A stretch of 64,000 nt of DNA, from positions 32,001 through 96,000 of the forward strand of contig JAXGNR010000008.1 of NCBI GenBank assembly GCA_040767965.1, in the 5' to 3' direction. Shown piece by piece: positions 29,476 through 40,209 of this stretch; within the stretch, counting starts at the first letter, position 1; each line of letters starts with the position of its first letter. Both the position numbers and the translations under genes were made by a program. This DNA is from Atribacterota bacterium (GTDB taxonomy: Bacteria > Atribacterota > Phoenicimicrobiia > Phoenicimicrobiales > Stramentimicrobiaceae). Below the pieces are notes generated by a model. That model saw nothing but the letters and a program-made list of their open reading frames with translations. It was not told the origin of the DNA and did no database searches.

Positions 29476-31002
29476 TTACAGATAATCTTTGTATGGTTCA
29501 AGTTTCTGGATTTTTGCCTGAAGAATTTTATTTGCCTTCATTCGTGATATATTAAAAGACTGCCATTTTGAAAAATAGAGAGAATCATTTTCTTGAGCAT
29601 GCCAGTACAATTCATGAGCCACACTTTTTCTTATTTCTTCATTTGAAAAATTTAATAACTCAATAATAACAGGTATCGCGTCATCTGACAGCTTACATAA
29701 ATAAGAAAGATCGAGCTTTCCGGTAATTTCAAATCTCTCAATATTTTGCCGGGCAATAAAGGCATCTGGATTGAGGAAATTCATAACAACAACAAATAAG
29801 ATAATTGCGGAAAAAACACCTAAAGCAAAAGTATTCTCCTGTCTGTCTTTGTGAATTTTAAAGAGTAATATACCATAAATTACTGCCAGCAAAATAATAA
29901 ATGCGTGACTAAATAATCTCAAAACAGTAAATCCATAAGCTTGTTCATAAAGAAATAAGCGGATAAAAGCAGACGCCATGACCAGCAAAACCTGAATAAT
30001 CAGAGCAGTACTTAATATTTTAAATCCCAACATATGGTCTGTTTTTTCTACAGCAATGTATTTTTCTATAACTAAAAGTAAAAGCAAAGAGATGATTGCA
30101 ACTGCTATCAGTTCAAAAAATCCCCGACGTGCATATTCGGCATAGGTAAAACCCTGAGTGGTTATATTACTTTTACCTCCAAAAAGGTAAGCAAATTGAA
30201 CAAGTATAAAGATAAAAAACAAAAGATTCACAGAACTGAGCAGAATAAAGCTTTCAATGTTCCCAATAATGTAATTTTTACTATTCTGCTGTTTGCTGTT
30301 TTGCTTTGCTTTGTCCCGGAATGAGTGAGCATATGCGCCAACAAAAATAAATGCCACAATTAAAATCAGAATAAGCCTTAAAAATGCTTCCAGTGTATTA
30401 TCAATATTTAAAAAATTCGAAACAATTTTTTGAAAAATTAAATCTGCCGATGAAAAAAGAAGGAAGAAAACAAATAAAATCGGGATTGTTATCAAAATTC
30501 CATTCACAATCTGTGAAAAAACTTTTCGATCTTCTTTTATTTCTTGTTGTGAAAAAAGATGTGATAAGATTTGAAATGATGAAGTGATAAAATTAAAGGG
30601 CAAGAAAAATATATTAACATAATCTTTAAATACAAAATTTTTAATTCTATCACCAAAAGATATCTGGTTTACTATCAATAGCAATATTAACGTAGTAATA
30701 ATATTAAGAAATGTCAGTAAACCGCTGGAGCGGAAAAAAACCATCACGCTAAAAAAAACAAGCAATACCAAGAGAAAAAAGACTTCTTTGTTTATTTTTT
30801 TCTTAAATAATTTTGCAATAATATAAAGGCCTGCAATAACTAAAATATTATATAAAGGAAAAGAAATTCCTGGAATTTTATCATAAAAAAAGTAATCAAA
30901 AAATAAACCCAGAGACAGAGATATTATCGTTATAAGATAAATCTTGTTTATATCAATAGATTGATTTTTATACATATTTTTCTCTTCTTTCCTCATACTC
31001 AT
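29476..31002 (-). CDS. DUF4153/DUF4173-type multi-pass membrane protein
   Basis: LFSSAD.IF, QFAYLFGG, TYAEYARRGFFEL, RL.LY..AYGFT.LR, NPDAFIA..N, YL..LSDDA. Confidence 0.8.
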   Translation of the reverse strand: MSMRKEEKNMYKNQSIDINKIYLITIISLSLGLFFDYFFYDKIPGISFPLYNILVIAGLYIIAKLFKKKINKEVFFLLVLLVFFSVMVFFRSSGLLTFLNIITTLILLLIVNQISFGDRIKNFVFKDYVNIFFLPFNFITSSFQILSHLFSQQEIKEDRKVFSQIVNGILITIPILFVFFLLFSSADLIFQKIVSNFLNIDNTLEAFLRLILILIVAFIFVGAYAHSFRDKAKQNSKQQNSKNYIIGNIESFILLSSVNLLFFIFILVQFAYLFGGKSNITTQGFTYAEYARRGFFELIAVAIISLLLLLVIEKYIAVEKTDHMLGFKILSTALIIQVLLVMASAFIRLFLYEQAYGFTVLRLFSHAFIILLAVIYGILLFKIHKDRQENTFALGVFSAIILFVVVMNFLNPDAFIARQNIERFEITGKLDLSYLCKLSDDAIPVIIELLNFSNEEIRKSVAHELYWHAQENDSLYFSKWQSFNISRMKANKILQAKIQKLEPYKDYL

Positions 31003-31225
31003 ATTTTTACAATTTAAATAGATATTTTATTTTATCAATAAGATTATATACCACATTTATAACTTTAAAAAATAAATTCAAAATAGCCATCTATAATTAT
31101 GTTTTTATACATTTCAGATAAGGAAGAAAAATAAATAGATGTAAAATAAAGTACATTTTTTACTTTGTTTAAATTTGTCAATTATGCTATAATTAGTTTA
31201 TAATATAAAACGAAAAGTTTAAATA

Positions 31226-32011
31226 ATGAAACTTTTAAAAAATGATAATTCCTTTAAATATACAATCCGTTCAGTGGAGTTAGCCTTTAATCTGATAGAG
31301 ATACTGGCAAAAGGTAAGATGGAATATACTATATCAGAATTAATGGCAAAAACCCAATTACCAAAAGGAACTGTCTATAGATTATTAGGCACTTTAAATT
31401 CCCTAGGCTATATCACCCACAGCAAAAAGAAGCACACCTATTATTTAACATTTAAATTTTCCAGAATTGGTATAGCGATGAATGAACGAATTCATATTTT
31501 AGAAATTATTCCTCATATGAAAAAACTAGCTAAAGAGTTCAGGGAAATGGTTAATTTGGCTATACTGGATCAAGGTCAGGTAGTCTATCTGTATAGTATT
31601 GAATCTCCTCATACCTTAAAGCTTGACTTTAAAGTTGGCACTTATCAGCCTGCCTATTGCACAGCTTTGGGCAGAGTGCTATTAGCATATCAGGATGAAA
31701 ATATCTTGAAACTTGCTATTGGCGAAAAAAGGCTAACAGCTTATACTTCCAAAACAATAACAGATCCCTATTCTTTAAAAGAAATTTTCCAGAAAACGCG
31801 CGAACAGGGTTACAGTTTTGTTAGCGAAGAATATCGCACTGGAATTTGCTGTCTGGCTGGTCCAATTTTTGATGAAAAAGGGGATATTGCTGCAGCGATA
31901 AGTTTTAGTCTTCCTACAGTCCGTTTGGAAAAGGATATTTTGCAGGATATGATTCAAGCAATTAAAGCTACTACCAGTAAAGTTAAATTACCAAAATTGT
32001 ATAAACCTTAG
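31226..32011 (+). CDS. IclR-family transcriptional regulator
   Basis: HTH LPKGTVYRLL.TL, E.VNLAIL, YCTALGRVLLA, YT..TITD, REQGYS. Confidence 0.92.
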   Translation: MKLLKNDNSFKYTIRSVELAFNLIEILAKGKMEYTISELMAKTQLPKGTVYRLLGTLNSLGYITHSKKKHTYYLTFKFSRIGIAMNERIHILEIIPHMKKLAKEFREMVNLAILDQGQVVYLYSIESPHTLKLDFKVGTYQPAYCTALGRVLLAYQDENILKLAIGEKRLTAYTSKTITDPYSLKEIFQKTREQGYSFVSEEYRTGICCLAGPIFDEKGDIAAAISFSLPTVRLEKDILQDMIQAIKATTSKVKLPKLYKP

Positions 32012-32067
32012 CCCTATAAAATGAATCAAGATTGGAAAAAATATAGAAAAGACAGGAGAAAAATAAT

Positions 32068-33933
32068 TTGAAAGTTGAAGAGATTTGGGGAAAAAAGAAG
32101 GGTGAAAAGTTATTTTTGCTTGGAAATGAAGCGGCAGTAAGGGGGGCGTTTGAGGCAGGAATATCTTTTGCTTCAACTTACCCGGGCACGCCCTCTTCTG
32201 AGATCGGCAATGTATTAAGCAAAATTGCAAAAAAAGCTGGAATGTATTTTGAATTTTCTGTTAATGAGAAGGTGGCGCTGGAAGTTTCTGCAGCTGCTGC
32301 TGCAGCAGGTCTACGTTCATTTGTCTTTATGAAACATGTGGGGCTAAATGTAGCTGCAGATGCTTTTATGAGCACTGCTTATACTGGTGTGAGAGCAGGT
32401 ATGATCATACTTTCTGCTGACGATCCTTCTATGCATTCATCTCAAAATGAACAGGATAACAGATTATTGGCTCAAATGGCTGGTGTTCCGATATTAGAGC
32501 CCTCAACCCCTCAAGAGGTAAAAGATTTTATGAAATACGGGATTGAATTGTCTGAACAGTTCGGGATACCTGTTTTAATTAGAACTACTACCAGAGTTTC
32601 TCATATGAGAGCAGTTGTTCATTTAAACGAAATAGATAGTAAAAATATCAAACAAAGCGGATTTTTTGAAAAAGAAGGAACCAGATTTAATGTAGCCCCA
32701 GCTAATGCTCGTAAATTAAGAGTTTCCCTCATAGAAAAAATTGAAAAGATCAAAGAACTAGCAGGGATATCCCCAATTAATTTTATTTATGGATCACAAA
32801 AAAGCAAAACAGGAATTATTGCCAGTGGTGCAGTTTATAATTATGTGCTGGATATTATAAATGAGTATGACTTGCCCTTTAAAATCTTAAAATTAGGCTT
32901 GAGTTTTCCATTTCCGGAGAAATTAGTAATCCAATTTATTGATAAGCTGGAAAAAATAATTGTACTTGAGGAAGTAGAGCCATATATTGAGAAAGAGATT
33001 CTTGCTTTGCTTGGAAAACAGGGAATAAAAAAAACAATTCATGGAAAACTAGATGGAACACTCCCAAGAATATATGAATATACTCCTGATATTGTCCGGG
33101 ATTCAGTTAATAAAGTAGTAAATCTCAATCTTCCTGTTGCAGAAGAAATTAAAATTAGACTCCAACCTCCGTTAAGACCTCCGGTGCTGTGTGCAGGTTG
33201 TCCTCATCGTTCGACAATTTATGCCATAAAAAAAGCTTCTAAAAACTTGAAAATAAAGGATGAAAATGTCATTTATTCTAATGATATCGGTTGTTATACA
33301 TTAGCAATGCAGCCCCCGTATTGTATGGCTGATTATTGTATCTGTATGGGATCCAGCATTGGAATCGGAGCAGGTTTAGCAAAAGCTACTAAACAAAAAG
33401 TAGTGGCTCTTATTGGTGATTCAACTTTTTTCCATGCCGGGATTCCTCCTCTTGTTAATGCTGTTTATAATCAGGCGAATATGATGGTGGTGGTCCTTGA
33501 TAACAGGATAACCGCTATGACTGGAGGACAGCCTAATCCAGGCGTGGTTTTGCAGAATGAGACAAATTCTACTCCTTTAATCTCTATTGAAAAAATAGTA
33601 AAGGCTATTGGTGTAGGTTATATAAAGGTTATTAATCCTGAACAGATCAAAGATTCAGTTGCTGTCTTTAAGGAAGCCTTAAATTTTCAAGGAGTTTCAG
33701 TTGTTATTTCCCGTGCACCTTGTATTATGTTAAAAAGAAAACAGGAAAAGAAAAATTTTTACTATATTAATCTGGAAAGATGTACCCGTTGTCAGATTTG
33801 TCTCAAACAATTCAATTGTCCTGCTATTTATAAAGAAGAAGACGGTTCAATTAAAATTAATCCATTAGTATGTACCGGATGCGGTGTTTGTGTTCAGGTA
33901 TGTCCACAAAATGCAATTGAGGTGAAAGAATGA
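32068..33933 (+). CDS. iorA: Indolepyruvate:ferredoxin oxidoreductase alpha
   Basis: LGNEA, YPGTPSSEI, NEKVALE, MKHVGLNVAAD, RPPVLCAGCPHR, DIGCY, GDSTFFH, C-terminal ferredoxin. Confidence 0.95.
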   Translation: MKVEEIWGKKKGEKLFLLGNEAAVRGAFEAGISFASTYPGTPSSEIGNVLSKIAKKAGMYFEFSVNEKVALEVSAAAAAAGLRSFVFMKHVGLNVAADAFMSTAYTGVRAGMIILSADDPSMHSSQNEQDNRLLAQMAGVPILEPSTPQEVKDFMKYGIELSEQFGIPVLIRTTTRVSHMRAVVHLNEIDSKNIKQSGFFEKEGTRFNVAPANARKLRVSLIEKIEKIKELAGISPINFIYGSQKSKTGIIASGAVYNYVLDIINEYDLPFKILKLGLSFPFPEKLVIQFIDKLEKIIVLEEVEPYIEKEILALLGKQGIKKTIHGKLDGTLPRIYEYTPDIVRDSVNKVVNLNLPVAEEIKIRLQPPLRPPVLCAGCPHRSTIYAIKKASKNLKIKDENVIYSNDIGCYTLAMQPPYCMADYCICMGSSIGIGAGLAKATKQKVVALIGDSTFFHAGIPPLVNAVYNQANMMVVVLDNRITAMTGGQPNPGVVLQNETNSTPLISIEKIVKAIGVGYIKVINPEQIKDSVAVFKEALNFQGVSVVISRAPCIMLKRKQEKKNFYYINLERCTRCQICLKQFNCPAIYKEEDGSIKINPLVCTGCGVCVQVCPQNAIEVKE

Positions 33934-34559
33934 GTTTGAATGAAGTTTATAAAATCTATTTGATTGGTATTGGTGGTCAGGGCACAGTAAAAACAGCAAC
34001 TATAATTGGAGAAGCTGCCATGGATCAAGGGTTAAATGTAGTGATGAGTGAAGTTCATGGAATGGCTCAAAGAGGAGGAACTGTAATCACCGAAGTTAAA
34101 ATCGGAAATGCAGAAAGCCCTCTAATCGAGAAAAACTCTGCTGATATGGTATTGTCATTTGAACCGGCAGAACTTTTAAGAGTTCTGGATAAAATAAACA
34201 GGGAGACATATGTTATTACAAGCACCACAGAGATTATTCCTTTCACGGTATCTTTAGGAATTTCTGAATATCCGGACCTTGACCAGTTATTTTCACAGCT
34301 GAATAAAAAAATAGATCATTTATACCAGATTAATGCAGTTAAATTAGCTGAAGAAGCCGGACATATTATAACAGCAAATATAGTTTTATTAGGGATTGCC
34401 TCATCTGTAGATGGATTTCCAGTTAAAAAAGAAGCAATTTTGGAATCTATTGGGAAAAATGTACCTGCTTCATCACTTGAGATGAATTTAAGAGCCTTTC
34501 AGAAAGGTTATGATTATTATCCAGCTACAAGTTCAAAAGTTAAAAAAGTTAAACCATAG
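33930..34559 (+). CDS. iorB: Indolepyruvate:ferredoxin oxidoreductase beta
   Basis: GIGGQG, SEVHGMAQRGG, FEPAE; ATGA overlap with iorA. Confidence 0.94.
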   Translation: MSLNEVYKIYLIGIGGQGTVKTATIIGEAAMDQGLNVVMSEVHGMAQRGGTVITEVKIGNAESPLIEKNSADMVLSFEPAELLRVLDKINRETYVITSTTEIIPFTVSLGISEYPDLDQLFSQLNKKIDHLYQINAVKLAEEAGHIITANIVLLGIASSVDGFPVKKEAILESIGKNVPASSLEMNLRAFQKGYDYYPATSSKVKKVKP

Positions 34560-34568
34560 GGAGGGATC

Positions 34569-35732
34569 ATGGAATTAAATAATAACTTAAAAAAAATTAA
34601 ACCATCTGGAATAAGAAAATTGTTTGATCTGGCACAAAATAGAAAAGATGTGGTTAGTTTCGGGATTGGAGAACCTGATTTTATTACACCTGATCATGTT
34701 CGGGATGCAGCTAAAAAAGCCATTGAAGAAGGCTATACTCATTATACACCCACTGCCGGTTTTGCAGAATTACGGGAAGCGCTAACTGTAAAACTACAGG
34801 AACATAATCAAATTCCTGCTGGAATATCTGAAGTATTAGTTACTACAGGAGGAACACAAGCTTTGTTTTCCTCATTTTATGTTTTGTTAAATCCCGGAGA
34901 TGAAGTGATTATTCCCGATCCGGGGTTTTTGGCTTATGAGTCTCAGATCTTATTAGCAGGAGGGAATCCGGTTTTTCTTCCAATAAGAGAAGAAAACAAT
35001 TTTCAGATAGATACTGAAGAGATGGAAAGTCTTATCACTTCAAAAACAAAGGCTATTCTAATAAATTCTCCTAATAACCCTACTGGCATGATAATACAAA
35101 AAAATATCTTGGAAAAAATTGCTGAAATAGCAAAAGAACATAACTTGTTTGTCATAAGTGATGAATTATATGAAGACATCTTGTTTGATGGCCAAAAACA
35201 TATCAGTATTGCATCCCTGGCTGGTATGAAGGAAAGAACAATCTCTATTTTTGGCTTTTCTAAAAGCTATGCTATGACCGGATGGCGAATTGCTTATCTT
35301 ACCTGCCCGGAATTTTTAATTAAAGAGATGCTTAAAGTCCAGCAGTACACAGCAGTGTGTCCTAACTCTGTCACCCAAAGAGCCGTCCTGCACGGATTAA
35401 ATAATCCTGTCCAAACCAGAAAAAGTATAGAAGATATGCGTCTGGCTTATGAGAATAGAAGAAACATTCTACTGGAAGGACTAAGAAGTATTGATGGATT
35501 TGAATGTTTAACTCCGGAAGGAGCTTTTTATGCTTTCCCAAATATTACACGAATTGGGAAAACTTCTGAAGAATTGTCAATATTTTTACTTGATCAATGT
35601 GGAGTTGTAACTGTTCCCGGAAATGCTTTTGGTCAATATGGAGAAGGTTATTTGCGCTTTTCTTATGCTACCTCCGTCGAACAGATTAAAATTGGAATAG
35701 ACAGAATAAAAAAAGGGATCAAAAATCTCTAG
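34569..35732 (+). CDS. Class I PLP aminotransferase (AspC-like)
   Basis: GEPDF, NSPNNPTG, SDELY, FSKSYAMTGWRI, GAFY, PGNAFG. Confidence 0.93.
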   Translation: MELNNNLKKIKPSGIRKLFDLAQNRKDVVSFGIGEPDFITPDHVRDAAKKAIEEGYTHYTPTAGFAELREALTVKLQEHNQIPAGISEVLVTTGGTQALFSSFYVLLNPGDEVIIPDPGFLAYESQILLAGGNPVFLPIREENNFQIDTEEMESLITSKTKAILINSPNNPTGMIIQKNILEKIAEIAKEHNLFVISDELYEDILFDGQKHISIASLAGMKERTISIFGFSKSYAMTGWRIAYLTCPEFLIKEMLKVQQYTAVCPNSVTQRAVLHGLNNPVQTRKSIEDMRLAYENRRNILLEGLRSIDGFECLTPEGAFYAFPNITRIGKTSEELSIFLLDQCGVVTVPGNAFGQYGEGYLRFSYATSVEQIKIGIDRIKKGIKNL

Positions 35733-35791
35733 AATAAATCAATATAAATAATAAGCCAGCTGAATATTCAGACATAAATTAGGAGGAAAGA

Positions 35792-36703
35792 ATGATTACC
35801 AGTTTTAAAGAGTTATTTAATAAATTGCAAAAAGAAGGAAGACAAAATATTGTTATTGCTGGTGGTGAAGATCTGGAAGCTTTAAAGGCAGCCAAAGATA
35901 GTTATGAGCTTGGATTTGGAGAAGCGGTGTTAGTAGGCAAAGAAGAAGAAATTCAGAAATCATTACAAGAACTCAATTTTAAAGATCATTCTTTTATCAA
36001 AGATATTATTACCGTAAAAAACGAAGATCAAATAGCTTCCCAGTCTGTAGCAGAGGTTAAAAAGGGAGGTATTTTATTAAAGGGGAGAATAAAAACAGCG
36101 TATTTACTGAAGGCTGTCCTGGATAGAGAAAATGGTCTGAGGACACAAAACCATCTTAGTGATGTTTTTGTATTTGAGAATCAAATAGAAAAAGAATCCC
36201 GATTAATATTAATGTCTGATGGTGGTGTAAACATAAAACCGGACTTGCAGGCATTCGTTTCCATAATAAAAAATGCGGTAAGTTTAGCCCGACAGCTGGG
36301 AATAGATATTCCTAAAGTAGCATTACTTTCTGCTGTTGAAACCATAAACCCGGACATGGAAGAAACTTTACAGGCGGGAATTCTTTCCAAAATGAATGAA
36401 AGAGGACAGATTGCTGATTGTCTTGTAGATGGCCCTTTGGCCCTGGATAATGCAATATCAGAATTTGCGGTTCAGAAGAAGAAAATAAATTCACCTGTAG
36501 CCGGAAGAGCTGATATACTGGTTGTTCCCGATATTGCTTGTGGAAATATTTTTGGAAAAAGCATAAAGTATTTTACTAATTTCCCGGAAGGTAATTTAGT
36601 AGTAGGGGCTTCGGCTCCAGTTTTAATCCCATCTCGAGCAGATAAAAGTGAAACCAAATTAAACTCAATTGCTCTTGCGATATTGTACAGCAAGAAAAAT
36701 TAA
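35792..36703 (+). CDS. ptb: Phosphate butyryl/acyltransferase
   Basis: LKG.I.T, DGGVNI.P, PKVALLSAVE, DGPLALDNAIS, G.ADIL.VPDI..GN, SRAD. Confidence 0.88.
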   Translation: MITSFKELFNKLQKEGRQNIVIAGGEDLEALKAAKDSYELGFGEAVLVGKEEEIQKSLQELNFKDHSFIKDIITVKNEDQIASQSVAEVKKGGILLKGRIKTAYLLKAVLDRENGLRTQNHLSDVFVFENQIEKESRLILMSDGGVNIKPDLQAFVSIIKNAVSLARQLGIDIPKVALLSAVETINPDMEETLQAGILSKMNERGQIADCLVDGPLALDNAISEFAVQKKKINSPVAGRADILVVPDIACGNIFGKSIKYFTNFPEGNLVVGASAPVLIPSRADKSETKLNSIALAILYSKKN

Positions 36704-37056
36704 ATCCCGGATATTCAGAATTATTTATACGGATGTATTTTTGAATAAAAAATAATAAATATATAAATAAATCATACAAACAACTTAATAATTTTGTTCT
36801 AAAAAGAATAATTTAAAAATGACATTCCCGGTAATTATATGTTATTATTTTTCTAATATTTTTTATCTTTTTCTAAATTTTTTTAATTTAATTAAAAAAA
36901 TAATGTATAATAATAAAAAATTTATACAATTAATCATTGCAGGTAGAGAAAATAAGATTCCTGATTAAAAGGAGGTGGTTTAAAATATTTCAAATTAAAT
37001 TGTCATATTTACAAAAATGACCCTATAACCCTGTATTAAAAAAAGGAGATTAAAAA

Positions 37057-38058
37057 ATGAAAAAATTAACTTTAATTTTAACAATTGTATTTGCATTGAT
37101 ATTTACCTTAACTGTGTTAGCAGATGCTCAACAATCTTATACCTGGAAACTAGGTTATAATACTGTTGAAGAATCGGTTAGAGGAGTTGCAGCTCAAAGA
37201 TTTAAGGAAATTGTTGAAGAAAAAACTAATGGCAGAATTAAAATTGAAATATATCCTGCTGAAACACTAGGAACAGCGCAAGAAATGGTAGAAGCGGTCA
37301 AGGTTGGAGCCCAGGATTTTCAGATGGTTGGAAACGGTACTTTTAGTCCGGTTGTAGATGAATATAATCTGTTTAGTATTCCTTTCCTGTTTAATAACGT
37401 GGATGAGGGATTAGCATTTGCAGAATCTGAAGTGGCCCAAAAATGGGCAGACAAAGCACTTGAAAGAGGTTATAAGATTTTAGCTACATATGATTTGGGG
37501 TTTAACCAGATTACTAACAACAAAAGACCTATCCGTAAACCAGAAGATCTGGAAGGAGTACTTTTAAGGGCTAATCCTGCGGATAGATTAAATATCCAAG
37601 TTTTTAAACAGCTAGGCGCCTCTATTTCCACTATGTCCTTTAGCGAAATTTATATGGGACTGCAAACTGGAGTAGTAGACGGACAGTTTAACCCTCTTGA
37701 TGCAATATATGAAACCAAATTCCATGAAGTACAAGATTATCTAACTATGATTAATTTACAATGGTATACTTTTATGCTGTCAATGACTGAAAAAACATGG
37801 TCTGCCCTTGACGGAGAAACTCAGACTATTTTGTTAGAAGCAGCTAAAGAGGCAAGCGTCTTTGCTAAAGATTATACTACCCAAAAATTAGAAGAATATT
37901 TAGAATTAGTTAAAGACGAATTTAAAGAAATTACCTTCCTTACTGCGGAAGAAAAAGAACCTTTTGTAGAAAAACTGCAACCGGTTTATGAAGAATTACG
38001 TGAAAAATATGAAGACTTTGCTGCAATGGAAGCATGGTTAGCAGATTATAGAAAATAA
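37057..38058 (+). CDS. dctP: TRAP substrate-binding protein DctP
   Basis: Signal peptide, TNGRIKIEIYP..TLG, PEDL.G, EIY.GLQTGVVDG..N, HEVQ. Confidence 0.92.
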   Translation: MKKLTLILTIVFALIFTLTVLADAQQSYTWKLGYNTVEESVRGVAAQRFKEIVEEKTNGRIKIEIYPAETLGTAQEMVEAVKVGAQDFQMVGNGTFSPVVDEYNLFSIPFLFNNVDEGLAFAESEVAQKWADKALERGYKILATYDLGFNQITNNKRPIRKPEDLEGVLLRANPADRLNIQVFKQLGASISTMSFSEIYMGLQTGVVDGQFNPLDAIYETKFHEVQDYLTMINLQWYTFMLSMTEKTWSALDGETQTILLEAAKEASVFAKDYTTQKLEEYLELVKDEFKEITFLTAEEKEPFVEKLQPVYEELREKYEDFAAMEAWLADYRK

Positions 38059-38122
38059 TAACATAAAAATATTGCCTTTGAGACAAAGTAAAATATAACA
38101 AGAATATTTTTTATAATAACAT

Positions 38123-38165
38123 TAACGAAGAGTAAAGATTTTAGATAAGTCTTTACTCTTCGTTA
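38123..38165. repeat. 16-18-bp inverted repeat after dctP
   Basis: TAACGAAGAGTAAAGA/TCTTTACTCTTCGTTA, no U-tract. Confidence 0.7.
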
Positions 38166-38229
38166 CTAAATAAAGTAAGAGTGAGAAGGAATATTTTCAT
38201 GAATTTTATTAAAGGTGGTTGAAATTATT

Positions 38230-38814
38230 ATGAAACCTAAAGATAGTCAGAAAAAAAATTACCTTAATTACTTGTCAGAGAAGGTTGACTTACTTTCTTC
38301 TGCTTTAATGGTAATTTTGGTATCAGTTGTGCTAATTGAGGTAGCTGCCCGCTATTTTTTTAATAGTCCGTTTACATTTACTTATGATTTAACCAGTCTT
38401 TTATTTCCCTGGATCGTCTTTTTATCACTTATCTCTGTTACTTACCATAAAGAGCATATTGGAATTGTATTATTTATCAGTAAATTGTCTCTTCAAAATA
38501 GAAGGATTGTTGCTATAATTAATGAAATTTTGACATTGTTTTTTATATTTTTTATGTTTATAGGGGCTATTCAACTATCAATTGCAGTATCTAACCAGAT
38601 GATTGGCAATTTGTACATGTCCAAGACTTTTTACTACTTATCATTGGTAGTTTCTCTTGCTTTTATATTATTTTTAAAAATAAATGAAATTATTGCCATT
38701 CTAAAAGGAGAAGCTGATTTGAGAATGGTTGTCCCTGCAACTGAGATTGAGCAGGTGGCAGAAATACAAAAAAAATCCTGGCAAAACAAAAAGAGAGGTG
38801 ATGAAAAACAATGA
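38230..38814 (+). CDS. dctQ: TRAP small permease DctQ
   Basis: V.ARYFFN.P, W.VFL, HIGI; 4 TM. Confidence 0.85.
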   Translation: MKPKDSQKKNYLNYLSEKVDLLSSALMVILVSVVLIEVAARYFFNSPFTFTYDLTSLLFPWIVFLSLISVTYHKEHIGIVLFISKLSLQNRRIVAIINEILTLFFIFFMFIGAIQLSIAVSNQMIGNLYMSKTFYYLSLVVSLAFILFLKINEIIAILKGEADLRMVVPATEIEQVAEIQKKSWQNKKRGDEKQ

Positions 38815-40088
38815 TTTGGATTATGATTCTCCTGTTTTTTATATTTATGATTATCGGTCTTCCCGTAGCTTTTAGCATGGGCACTTCAGCACTGATTTAT
38901 ATTTTGTCAGAAGGTATTCCTATCTCTATGGTTGCACAGAAATTTTTTACTAATACCCAGTCTTTCCCTTTTTTAGCGGTTCCCTTCTTTATATTATCAG
39001 GAAATTTAATGGTTCAATCCGGTGTTGCTAATAAGATTATCAAGTTTGCCAATAGCGTTATAGGTAGATTACCAGGGGCTCTTGGTTGTGTATCGGTAGT
39101 AGTTAGTATGATTATGGCTGGAGTTTCAGGGTCATCAGTAGCTGATGCTGCCTCTACTGGCAGTATTCTTATTCCTGAAATGGTTAAACAAAAATATACC
39201 AAATCATTTTCTGCAGCTATTAATGCCACAACCTCAGTGGTGGGTATTATAATTCCACCCAGCAGTACTATGATTATAATTGCCTGGATTACTAATTTAT
39301 CTGTACTGCAAATGTTTTTAGCTGGGGCAATACCAGGAATAATATTAGGATTATCTTATTTAGTAATAACTGTTTTAATTTCTATTAAAAAAGATTTTCC
39401 CAGAGAGGAATCTTTTAGCTGGAAGAGATTTTTTGAAGCATTTAAAGAATGTGCCTGGGTAGTTGTTTTCCCATTTTTATTATTAATAGCGATTATCTTT
39501 GGAATTGCAACTGTTACCGAAATAGCAGCAGTTGCCTCTCTTTACTCTCTATTTATCGGACTATTTGTTTACAGGTCTTTAGACTTTAAAGGTTTGAAGC
39601 AAGCGTTCATTGATTCGACCAGATCAACAACTGCTGTTATGGCTCTAGTCTGTTCGGCTAATGTCTTCAGCTGGGTTCTTATCAGAGAAAATATCCCACA
39701 AATGATTTCCAGAGCAGTATTATCATTAGAAGTTTCAAATGCGATTATTTTATTGGTTATGATTCTTATCCTGGCAGTTGCTGGTATGTTTGTTGATTTG
39801 GTGGCAAATTTATTTATTTTTATTCCTATCTTTTTCCCTATAATCAGAGAAATGGGTATGGATCCTATTCATTTTTCAATAGTATTGTTGATAACTTTAG
39901 CTTTGGGGTTGTTTACACCTCCTGTAGGAGCAACCCTTTTCATATCCTGTAATATTGCTAAAATTGGATTGGAAGAAGTTTTCCAGGATTTAATCCCTTA
40001 TTTTATCGTAGGGCTGTTGGTGGTTATTCTGGTAGCATATGTTCCTGAAGTAAGCCTATGGCTCCCCAGACTAGTAACTGGGAGATAA
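38811..40088 (+). CDS. dctM: TRAP large permease DctM
   Basis: LAVPFFILSG, SGSSVADA, IIPPS, DPIHF, TPPVG. Confidence 0.94.
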   Translation: MIWIMILLFFIFMIIGLPVAFSMGTSALIYILSEGIPISMVAQKFFTNTQSFPFLAVPFFILSGNLMVQSGVANKIIKFANSVIGRLPGALGCVSVVVSMIMAGVSGSSVADAASTGSILIPEMVKQKYTKSFSAAINATTSVVGIIIPPSSTMIIIAWITNLSVLQMFLAGAIPGIILGLSYLVITVLISIKKDFPREESFSWKRFFEAFKECAWVVVFPFLLLIAIIFGIATVTEIAAVASLYSLFIGLFVYRSLDFKGLKQAFIDSTRSTTAVMALVCSANVFSWVLIRENIPQMISRAVLSLEVSNAIILLVMILILAVAGMFVDLVANLFIFIPIFFPIIREMGMDPIHFSIVLLITLALGLFTPPVGATLFISCNIAKIGLEEVFQDLIPYFIVGLLVVILVAYVPEVSLWLPRLVTGR

Positions 40089-40209
40089 ATAATGCCATTA
40101 ATGCAATAATTTATCATGTTTTATTGAAATGTGAATTTCGAAGACTATAAAAATAGCAATAATACTGATACGCAAATCTTGGTTTGTATTAAATGAAAAG
40201 GAGATTTAA

